From Bugula neritina (Eukaryota; Animalia; Bryozoa): 64,000 nt of DNA. This document shows, in pieces, positions 16,925-28,968 of this stretch. Within the stretch, counting starts at the first letter, position 1; each line of letters begins with the position of its first letter. The stretch covers positions 15,200,698 through 15,264,697 of the forward strand of contig OZ037765.1 of the NCBI GenBank assembly GCA_964035545.1, read 5' to 3'. The notes under the pieces are model-generated. The model was not told the DNA's origin, made no database searches, and saw only the letters and a program-made list of their open reading frames with translations. The position numbers and the translations under genes are program-made.

Positions 16925-17200
16925 AAAAAACTTACACTGGAGAAATATCTCAGGATTCCAGCAGTGCAATTTTTATTCAGATATCATGCTTTGCTGCTGA
17001 GATATTCTACTGGTACTGAAAAGTCAGCTTTTCAGGTAAAATTGGCCAAAATTTGGCAGTTTTTTGTCTATAACTTCGCAAAAAAAATGAAAATTGAAAT
17101 TTCCAAAAAACTTACACTGGAGAAAAAGAAGATCTACAACATAGTTTTTAAATTTTGACTCTAGCACAATTAGGTGAGATTTTATTTTACTGGTACTGAA
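16925..17200 (+). repeat. Internal direct-repeat motifs of the MITE at exact 180-bp spacing
   Basis: AAAAAACTTACACTGGAGAAA at 16925-16945 and 17105-17125; TACTGGTACTGAA at 17008-17020 and 17188-17200. Copy 2 has the same arrangement at +2968. Confidence 0.85.
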
Positions 17201-17248
17201 TTCTTATATGATTACAATGCAAACCTCAGCAAGGCAGTTGCAGCTAAA

Positions 17249-17271
17249 AGGTTGCCCTTAACTATCCTGTG
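17249..17271 (-). repeat. Right terminal inverted repeat of MITE copy 1
   Basis: AGGTTGCCCTTAACTATCCTGTG; reverse complement is CACAGGATAGTTAAGGGCAACCT. Confidence 0.95.
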
Positions 17272-19483
17272 AATACACTGCAACATACTACAACATACTG
17301 AAATACACTGTAACATTATGAATTACACTGCAACACATTGAAAATACTGCAACATACCGAAATATATGGCAAACTACTGAAATATACTGCAACACATTGA
17401 AATATACCGCAACATACTGAAATATGCTGTAGCACACTGAAATACACTGCAACTCACTATAATATAGTGTAATATACAGAAATGTACTGTAACATACTGA
17501 AATACACTGTAACATACTGAAATATACTGCAACATACTGAAGTACACTGCAACATACTGCAACATACTGAAATACACTGTAACATATTGAAATACACTAC
17601 AACACATTGAAATATACTGCAACACACTGAAGAATACGGCAACATACTGAAATATACTGCGACACATTGAAATATACTGCAACATACTGAAATATGCGGT
17701 AGCATACTGAAATATACTGTAACACACTGTAAAATACTGCAACATACTGCAACATACTGACATACACTGGAACATACTGAAATACACTGCAACATACTAC
17801 AACACACTGAAATACACTGTAACCTACTGAAATATGCTGTAGCACACTGAAATATACTGCAACACACTGAAGAATACGGCAACATACTGAAATATACTGT
17901 AACACACTGAAATATACTGCAAAACACTGAAATACACTGTAACATACTGAAAAACACTGTAACATACTGAAATATACTGCAACACACTGCAACATACTGA
18001 AATGCGCTGTAACATACTGAAATACACTGCAACATACTACAACATATTGAAATACACTGCAACACATTGAAATATACTGCAACACACTGAAACATCTGGC
18101 AACATATTGAAATATACCGCAACATACTGAAATATGCTGTAGCACACTGAAATACACCGCAACTCACTATAATATAGTGTAAAATACAGAAATGTACTGT
18201 AAAATACTGAAATATACTGTAACATACTGAAATATACTGCAACATACTGAAGTACACTGCAACATACTGCAACATACTGAAATACACTGTAACATATTGA
18301 AATACATTACAACACATTGAAATATACTGCAACACACTGATATATGCTGTAGCACACTGAAATACACTGCAACTCACTATAATATAGTGTAATATACAGA
18401 AATGTACTGTAACATACTGAGATACACTGCAACATACTGCAACATACTGCAACATACTGAAATACACTGTAACATATTGAAATAGACTGCAACACACTGA
18501 AGGATACGGCAACATACTGAAATATACTGCGACACATTGAAATATACTGCAACATTCTGAAATATGCTGTAGCATACTGAAATATACTGTAACACACTGT
18601 AATATACTGCAACATACTGCAACATACTGACATACACTGGAACATACTGAAATACACTGCAACATATTACAACATACTGAAATACACTGTAACCTACTGA
18701 AATATGCTGTAGCACACTGAAATATACTGCAGCATACTGAAATATAATGCAAGTTACTACAACATACTGAAATACACTGTGACATACTGAGATACACTGC
18801 AACACCTTGAAATATACTGCAACACACTGAAAGATACGGCAACATACTGAAATATACTGCGACACATTGAAATATACTGCAGCATACTGAAATATGCTGC
18901 AGCGTATTGAAATATGCTGTAGCACACTGAATTATACTGCAACATACTGAAATATAATGCAAGTTACTACAACATACTGAAATACACTGTGACATACTGA
19001 AATACACTGCAACATACTGCAAGATACTGCAACATACTGAAATACACTGTAACATATTGAAATACACTGCAAAACCTTGAAATATACTGCAACACACTGA
19101 AGGATACGGCAACATACTGAAATATACTGCGACACATTTAAATATACTGCAACATACTGAAATATGCTGTAGCATACTGAAATATACTGTAACACACTGT
19201 AATATACTGCAACATACTGACATATACTGGAACATACTGAAATACACTCCAACATACTACAACATACTGAAATACACTGTAACCTACTGAAATATGCTGT
19301 AACACACTGAAGTATATTGCAACATACTGAAATATAATGCAAGTAACTACAACATACTGAAACACACTGTGACATACTGAGATACACTGCAACATACTGC
19401 AACATACTGCAACATACTGAAATACACTGTAACAGACTGAAATGTACTGTAACACACTGAAATATACTGCAACATGCTGAAAT
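17272..19483. repeat. 10-bp/20-bp satellite array, segment 2 (between the two MITEs)
   Basis: Same monomers, orientation and landmark variants as the flanking array. Confidence 0.98.
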
Positions 19484-19506
19484 CACAGGATAGTTAAGGG
19501 CATCCT
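19484..19506 (+). repeat. Left terminal inverted repeat of MITE copy 2
   Basis: CACAGGATAGTTAAGGGCATCCT, identical to the copy 1 left TIR. Confidence 0.95.
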
Positions 19507-20216
19507 CACAAAGAATATCATAAATTTCTCTCAAAATGTAGTTCGGGTTCTTGAATAATATTGCTCTGCGGGTGGCATGCGTGTTGCCTACTTGTAATTG
19601 TTTAGCCTAAGATTAAACTACAACCAATAAGCAGCAACCTTCATTAGGGCTGCGTTATCTATCAACATTCCATTATGGGTGCTACATAAACAAAGTACAA
19701 AGCAAGCTATTCATTATAGCCTGCCAGCTAGCTAGCCTGTAATTATTATGTAGGCGCCAATATCTTCTCATCCCTACGTGCTCAGTGAAGCGTGAAGCGC
19801 TGCGCGCTGCTAGTTTCCTATGAGAAAATATGGCAATTTCAGTGTATAAATCACTAATTTATGAGCAATCTAGCAGAGTTATTGAAAAAAGAAAAAAACT
19901 TACACTGGAGAAATATCTCAGGATTCCAGCAGTGCAATTTTTATTCAGATATCATGCTTTGCTGCTGAGATATTTTACTGGTACTGAAAAGTCAGCTTTT
20001 CAGGCAAAATTGGCCAAAATTCGGCAGTTTTTTGTCTATAACTTCGCAAAAAAAATGAAAATTGAAATTTCCAAAAAACTTACACTGGAGAAAAAGAAGA
20101 TCTACAACATAGTTTTTAAATTTTGACTCTAGCACAATTAAGTGAGATTTTATTTTACTGGTACTGAATTCTTATATGATTACAATGCAAACCTCAGCAA
20201 GGCAGTTGCAACTAAA

Positions 20217-20239
20217 AGGTTGTCCTTAACTATCCTGTG
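20217..20239 (-). repeat. Right terminal inverted repeat of MITE copy 2
   Basis: AGGTTGTCCTTAACTATCCTGTG; one C/T difference from the copy 1 right TIR; the terminal 16 bp are a perfect inverse of the left end. Confidence 0.95.
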
Positions 20240-20589
20240 ATACACTGTAACATACTGAAATATACTGCAACATACTGCAACATACTGAAATACACTGTAA
20301 CATACAGAAATACACTGCAACATACTGCAACATACTGAATTACACTGGAACAAATTGAAACACACTACAACACATTGAAATATACTGCAACACACTGAAA
20401 CATACAGGAACATACTGAAATATACTGCGACACATTGAAATATACTGCAACATAGTTAAATATAATGCAAGATACTGCAACATTCTGAAATACACTGTGA
20501 CATACTGAAATACACTGCAACATACTGCAACATACTGCAACATACTGAAATACACTGTAACATATTGAAATACACTGCAACACGTTGAA

Positions 20590-23500
20590 ATATACTGTAA
20601 CACACTGAAACATACGGCAACATACTGAAATATGCTGCAACACATTGAAATATACTGCAACATACTGAAATATGCTGTAGTATACTGAAACACACTGCAA
20701 CACAGTGAAGTATACTGTAAAATACAGAAATGTACTGTAACATATTGAAACATATGTCAACATACTGAAATGTACTGCAACATGCTGAAATATATTGCAA
20801 CATACTGAAATACACTGTAACAAACCCAATTACACTGCAACAAACTGCAACATACTGAAATACGCTGTAACATATTGAAATAGGCTCCAACACATTGAAC
20901 GAAACTGCAACATACCTAAATATACGACAACATACTGAAAGATACTGTACCACATTGAAAAACATTGCAACATACTGAAACATGCTGTAGCACATTAAAA
21001 TACACTGTAAGATACTGAAATACACTGCAACATGCTGAAATACACTGTAACCTACTGAAATACACTGCAACATACTACAACATACTGAAATACACTGTAA
21101 CATTATGAATTACACTGCAACACATTGAAAAATACTGCAACATACCGAAATATATGGCAAACTACTGAAATATACTTTAACAGATTGAAAAAAACTGCAT
21201 CATACTGAAATATACTGTAACACACTGAAATATACTGCAAAACACTGAAATACACTGTAAAATACTGAAATACACTGTAACATACTGAAATATACTGCAA
21301 CACACTGCAACATACTGAAATGCGCTGTAACATACTGAAATACACTGCAACATACTACAACATATTGAAATACACTGCAACACATTGAAATATACGGCGA
21401 CACACTGAAACATACGGCAACATATTGAAATATACTGCAACACATTGAAATATACCGCAACATACTGAAATATGCTGTAGCACACTGAAATACACTGCAA
21501 CTCACTATAATATAGTGTAATATACAGAAATGTACCGTAACATACTGAAATACACTGTAACATACTGAAATATACTGCAACATACTGAAGTACACTGCAA
21601 CATACTGCAACATACTGAAATACACTGTAACATATTGAAATACACTGCAAAACCTTGAAATATACTGCAACACACTGAAGGATACGGCAACATACTGAAA
21701 TATACTGCGACACATTGAAATATACTGCAACATACTGAAATATGCCGTAGCATACTGAAATATACTGTAACACACTGTAATATACTGCAACATACTGCAA
21801 CATACTGACATACACTGGAACATACTGAAATACACTGCAACATACTACAACATACTGAAATACACTGTAACCTACTGAAATATGCCGTAGCACACTGAAA
21901 TAAACTGCAACATACTGAAATATAATGCAAGTTACTACAACATACTGAAATACACTGCGACATACTGGGATACACTGCAACATACTGCAACATACTGTAA
22001 CATACTGAAATACACTGTAACCTACTGAAATACACTGCAACATACTACGACATACTGAAATACACTGTAACATTATGAATTACACTGCAACACATTGAAA
22101 AATACTGCAACATACCGAAATATATGGCAAACTACTGAAATATACTTTAACACATTGAAAAAAACTGCATCATACTGAAATATACTGTAACACACTGAAA
22201 TATACTGCAAAACACTGAAATACACTGTAACATACTGAAATACACTGTAACATACTGAAATATTCTGCAACACACTGCAACATACTGAAATGCGCTGTAA
22301 CATACTGAAATACACTGCAACATACTACAACATATTGAAATATACTGCAACACATTGAAATATACTGCAACACACTGAAACATCTGGCAACATATTGAAA
22401 TATACTGCAACACATTGAAATATACCGCAACATACTGAAATATGCTGTAGCACACTGAAATACACCGCAACTCACTATAATATAGTGTAATATACAGAAG
22501 TGTACTGTAACATACTGAAATATACTGTAACATACTGAAATATACTGCAACATACTGAAGTACACTGCAACATACTGCAACATACTGAAATACACTGTAA
22601 CATATTGAAATACATTACAACACATTGAAATATACTGCAACACACTGAAATATGCTGTAGCACACTGAAATACACCGCAACTCACTATAATATAGTGTAA
22701 TATACAGAAATGTACTGTAACATACTGAGATACACTGCAACATACTGCAACATACTGCAACATACTGAAATACACTGTAACATATTGAAATAGACTGCAA
22801 AACCTTGAAATATACTGCAACACACTGAAGGATATGGCAACATACTGAAATATACTGCGACACATTGAAATATACTGCAACATACTGAAATATGCTGTAG
22901 CATACTGAAATATACTGTAACACACTGTAATATACTGCAACATACTGCAACATACTGACATACACTGGAACATACTGAAATACACTGCAACATACTACAA
23001 CATACTGAAATACACTGTAACCTACTGAAATATGCTGTAGCACACTGAAATATACTGCAGCATGCTGAAATATAATGCAAGTTACTACAACATACTGAAA
23101 TACACTGTGACATACTGAGATACACTGCAACACCTTGAAATATACTGCAACACACTGAAACATACGGCAACATACTGAAATATACTGCAACACATTGAAA
23201 TATACTGCAACATACTGAAATTTGCTGTAGTATACTGAAACACACTGCAACACAGTGAAGTATACTGTAAACTACAGAAATATACTGTAACATACTGAAA
23301 CATATGTCAACATACTGAAATGTACTGCAACATGCTGAAATATATTGCAACATACTGAAATACACTGTAACAAACCCAATTACACTGCAACAAACTGCAA
23401 CATACTGAAATACGCTGTAACATATTGAAATACGCTCCAACACATTGAACGAAACTGCAACATACCTAAATATACGACAATATACTGAAAGATACTGTAC

Positions 23501-25500
23501 CACATTGAAAAACATTGCAACATACTGAAACATGCTGTAGCACATTAAAATACACTGTAAGATACTGAAATACACTGCAACATGCTGAAATACACTGTAA
23601 CCTACTGAAATACACTGCAACATACTACAACATACTGAAATACACTGTAACATTATGAATTACACTGCAACACATTGAAAAATACTGCAACATACCGAAA
23701 TATATGGCAAACTACTGAAATATACTTTAACAGATTGAAAAAAACTGCATCATACTGAAATATACTGTAACACACTGAAATATACTGCAAAACACTGAAA
23801 TACACTGTAACATACTGGAATACACTGTAACATACTGAAATATACTGCAACACACTGCAACATACTGAAATGCGCTGTAACATACTGAAATACACTGCAA
23901 CATACTACAACATATTGAAATACACTGCAACACATTGAAATATACTGCAACACACTGAAACATACGGCAACATATTGAAATATACTGCAACACATTGAAA
24001 TATACCGCAACATAGTGAAATATGCTGTAGCACACTGAAATACACTGCAACTCACTATAATATAGTGTAATATACAGAAATGTACTGTAACATACTGAAA
24101 TACACTGTAACATACTGAAATATACTGCAACATACTGAAGTATACTGCAACATACTGCATCATACTGAAATACACTGTAACATATTGAAATACACTGCAA
24201 AACCTTGAAATATACTGCAACACACTGAAGGATACGGCAACATACTGAAATATACTGCGACACATTGAAATATACTGCTACATACTGAAATATGCTGTAG
24301 CATACTGAAATATACTGTAACACACTGTAATATACTCCAACATACTGCAACATACTGACATACACTGGAACATACTGAAATACACTGCAACATACTACAA
24401 CATACTGAAATACACTGTAACCTACTGAAATATGCCGTAGCACACTGAAATATACTGCAACATACTGAAATATAATGCAAGTTACTACAACATACTGAAA
24501 TACACTGTGACATACTGAGATACACTGCAACATACTGCAACATACTGTAACATACTGAAATACACTGTAGCCTACTGAATTACACTGCAACATACTACAA
24601 CATACTGAAATACACTGTAACATTATGAGTTACACTGCAACACATTGAAAAATACTGCAACATACCGAAATATATGGCAAACTACTGAAATATACTTTAA
24701 CACATTGAAAAAAACTGCATCATACTGAAATATACTGTAACACACTGAAATATACTGCAAAACACTGAAATACACTGTAACATACTGAAATACACTGTAA
24801 CATACTGAAACATACTGCAACACACTGCAACATACTGAAATGCGCTGTAACATACTGAAATACACTGCAACATACTACAACATATTGAAATACACTGCAA
24901 CACATTGAAATATACTGCAACACACTGAAACATCTGGCAACATATTGAAATATACTGCAACACATTGAAATATACCGCAACATACTGAAATATGCTGTAG
25001 CACACTGAAATACACCGCAACTCACTATAATATAGTGTAATATACAGAAATGTACTGTAACATACTGAAATATACTGTAACATACTGAAATATACTGCAA
25101 CATACTGAAGTACACTGTAACATATTGAAATACATTACAACACATTGAAATATACTGCAACACACTGAAATATGCTGTAGCACACAGAAATACACTGCAA
25201 CTCACTGTAATATAGTGTAATATACAGAAATGTACTGTAACATACTGAGATACACTGCAACATACTGCAACATACTGCAACATACTGAAATACACTGTAA
25301 CATATTGAAATAGACTGCAAAACCTTGAAATATACTGCAACACACTGAAGGATATGGCAACATACTGAAATATACTGCGACACATTGAAATATACTGCAA
25401 CATACTGAAATATGCTGTAGCATACTGAAATATACTGTAACACACTGTAATATACTGCAACATACTGCAACATACTGACATACACTCCAACATACTGAAA
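20590..25500. repeat. Higher-order repeat, 2550-bp period with an internal 970-bp sub-period (approximate)
   Basis: ORF-track matches 21103/23653 and 22073/24623 (+2550); 21103/22073 and 23653/24623 (+970). Confidence 0.8.
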
Positions 25501-28500
25501 TGCACTGCAACCTACTGAAATATGCTGTAGCACACTGAAATATACTGCAGCATGCTGAAATATAATGCAAGTTACTACAACATACTGAAATACACTGTGA
25601 CATACTGAGATACACTGCAACACCTTGAAATATACTGCAACACACTGAAAGATACGGCAACATACTGAAATATACTGCGACACATTGAAATATACTGCAG
25701 CATACTGAAATATGCTGTAGCATAATGAAATATGCTGTAGCACACTGAAATAAACTGCAACATACTGAAATATAATGCAAGTTACTACAACATACTGAAA
25801 TACACTGTGACATACTGAAATACACTGCAACATACTGCAAGATACTGCAACATACTGAAATACACTGTAACATATTGAAATACACTGCAAAACCTTGAAA
25901 TATACTGCAACACACTGAAGGATACGGCAACATACTGAAATATACTGCGACACATTTAAATATACTGCAACATACTGGAATATGCTGTAGCATACTGAAG
26001 TATACTGTAACACACTGTAATATACTGCAACATACTGCAACATACCGACATATATTGGAACATACTGAAATACACTCCAACATACTACAACATACTGAAA
26101 TACACTGTAACCTACTGAAATATGCTGTAACACACTGAAGTATACTGCAACATACTGAAATATAATGCAAGTAACTACAACATACTGAAACACACTGTGA
26201 CATACTGAGATACACTGCAACATACTGCAACATACGGCAACATACTGAAATACACTGTAACAGACTGAAATGCACTGTAACACACTGAAATATACTGCAA
26301 CATGCTGAAATACACTGTAACATACTGAAATACACTGCAACATACTACAACATACTGAAATACACTGTAACATTATGAATTACACTGCAACACATTGAAA
26401 AATACTGCAACATACCGAAATATATGGCAAACTACTGAAATATACTTTAACACTTTGAAAAAAACTGCATCATACTGAAATATACTGTAACACACTGAAA
26501 TATACTGCAAAACACTGAAATACACTGTAACATACTGAAAAACACTGTAACATACTGAAATATACTGCAACACACTGCAACATACTGAAATGCGCTGTAA
26601 CATACTGAAATACACTGCAACATACTACAACATATTGAAATACACTGCAACACATTGAAATATACTGCAACACACTGAAACATCTGGCAACACATTGAAA
26701 TATACTGCAACACATTGAAATATACCGCAACATACTAAAATATGCTGTAGCACACTGAAATACACCGCAACTCACTATAATATAGTGTAATATACAGAAA
26801 TGTACTGTAACATACTGAAATATACTGTAACATACTGAAATATACTGCAACATACTGAAGTACACTGTAACATATTGAAATACATTACAACACATTGAAA
26901 TATACTGCAACACACTGAAATATGCTGTAGCACACAGAAATACACTGCAACTCACTATAATATAGTGTAATATACAGAAATGTACTGTAACATACTGAGA
27001 TACACTGCAACATACTGCAACATACTGCAACATACTGAAATACACTGTAACATATTGAAATAGACTGCAAAACCTTGAAATATACGGCAACACACTGAAG
27101 GATATGGCAACATACTGAAATATACTGCGACACATTGAAATATACTGCAACATACTGAAATATGCTGTAGCATACTGAAATATACTGTAACACACTGTAA
27201 TATACTGCAACATACTGCAACATACTGACATACACTCGAACATACTGAAATACACTGCAACCTACTGAAATATGCTGTAGCACACTGAAATATACTGCAG
27301 CATACTGAAGTATGCTGTAGCATAATGAAATATGCTGTAGCACACTGAAATATACTGCAACATACTGAAATATAATGCAAGTTACTACAACATACTGAAA
27401 TACACTGTGACATACTGAAATACACTGCAACAAACTGCAACATACTGCAACATACTGCAACATACTGCAACATACTGAAATACACTGTAACATATTGAAA
27501 TACACTGCAACACATTGAAATATACTGCAACACACTGAAACATACGGCAACATACTGAAATATACTGCAACACATTGAAATATACTGCAACATACTGAAA
27601 TATGCTGTAGTATACTGAAACACACTGCAACACAGTGAAGTATACTGTAAAATACAGAAATATACTGTAACATACTGAAACATATGTCAACTTACTGAAA
27701 TGTACTGCAACATGCTGAAATATATTGCAACATACTGAAATACACTGTAACCTACTAAAATACACTGCAACATACTACAACATACTGAAATACACTGTAA
27801 CATTATGAATTACACTGCAACACATTGAAAAATACTGCAACATACCGAAATATATGGCAAACTACTGAAATATACTTTAACAGATTGAAAAAAACTGCAT
27901 CATACTGAAATATACTGCAAAACACTGAAATACACTGTAACATACTGAAATACACTGTAACATACTGAAGTATACTGCAACACACTGCAACATACTGAAA
28001 TGCGCTGTAACATACTGAAATACACTGCAACATACTACAACATATTGAAATACACTGCAACACATTGAAATATACTGCAACACACTGAAACATACGGCAA
28101 CATATTGAAATATACTGCAACACATTGAAATATACCGCAACATATTGAAATATGCTGTAGCACACTGAAATACACTGCAACTCACTATAATATAGTGTAA
28201 TATACAGAAATGTACTGTAACATACTGAAATACACTGTAACATACACAAATATAATGCAACATACTGAAGTACACTGCAACATACTGCAACATACTGAAA
28301 TACACTGTAACATATTGAAATACACTGCAAAACCTTGAAATATACTGCAACACACTGAATGATACGGCAACATACTGAAATATACTGCGACACATTGAAA
28401 TATACTGCAACATACTGAAATATGCTGCAGCATACTGAAATATACTGAAACACACTGTAATATACTGCAACATACTGCAACATACTGACATACACTGGAA

Positions 28501-28968
28501 CATACTGAAATACACTGCAACATACTACAACATACTGAAATACACTGTAACCTACTGAAATATGCCGTAGCACACTGAATTATACTGCAACATACTGAAA
28601 TATCATGCAAGTTACTACAACATACTGAAATACACTGTGACATACTGAGATACACTGCAACATACTGCAACATACTGTAACATACCGAAATACACTGTAA
28701 CCTAATGAAATACACTGCAACATACTACAACATACTGAAATACACTGTAACATTTTGAATTACACTGCAACACATTGAAAAATACTGCAACATACCGAAA
28801 TATATGGCAAACTACTGAAATATACTTTAACACATTGAAAAAAACTGCATCATACTGAAATATACTGTAACACACTGAAATATACTGCAAAACACTGAAA
28901 TACACTGTAACATACTGAAATACACTGTAACATACTGAAATATACTGCAACACACTGCAACATACTGA

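Larger units (their letters stand above)
16516..17271. mobile_element. 756-bp non-autonomous TIR DNA transposon (MITE-like), copy 1; probable CMC/EnSpm (CACTA-related) group
   Basis: Abrupt non-satellite insert that starts CACAGGATAGTTAAGGGCATCCT and ends AGGTTGCCCTTAACTATCCTGTG (23-bp TIR, 1 mismatch). Flanks CCTACTGAAA|...|AATACACTG compared with the empty site CCTACTGAAATACACTG (21051-21067, 23601-23617) give a 2-bp TSD, AA. No transposase ORF. The superfamily call is inferred from the CAC..GTG ends plus the 2-bp TSD. Confidence 0.93.
19484..20239. mobile_element. 756-bp non-autonomous TIR DNA transposon (MITE-like), copy 2, same orientation as copy 1
   Basis: Colinear with 16516-17271, no indels, about 15 substitutions by manual comparison. 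Ends are CACAGGATAGTTAAGGGCATCCT and AGGTTGTCCTTAACTATCCTGTG. Flanks CATGCTGAAAT|...|ATACACTGTAA compared with the empty site CATGCTGAAATACACTGTAA (e.g. 7973-7992) give a 2-bp TSD, AT. Confidence 0.93.

Noticed and set aside
16862-17158. 98-aa plus-strand ORF inside the MITE (also 19830-20126), with KKLTLEK twice
   Set aside because: All 5 nucleotide differences between the two copies in this ORF are non-synonymous (F3I, P9L, S49F, V59A, W65R). The KKLTLEK repeat simply reflects the 180-bp DNA motif spacing, and no transposase motif is recognisable. A remnant cannot be fully excluded without an HMM search.
16526-17261. piggyBac/Kolobok-type element bounded by TTAA (TTAAGGG...CCCTTAA)
   Set aside because: The TTAA lies inside the TIR. 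The inverted repeat extends 10 bp further out to CAC/GTG, and empty-site comparison places the junctions and a 2-bp TSD at those outer ends.
16516-20239. The two 756-bp copies as LTRs of one retroelement or arms of a composite transposon
   Set aside because: There are no TG...CA ends, PBS or PPT. Each copy has its own TIRs and its own different TSD, and the intervening DNA is ordinary satellite continuous with each empty-site context.
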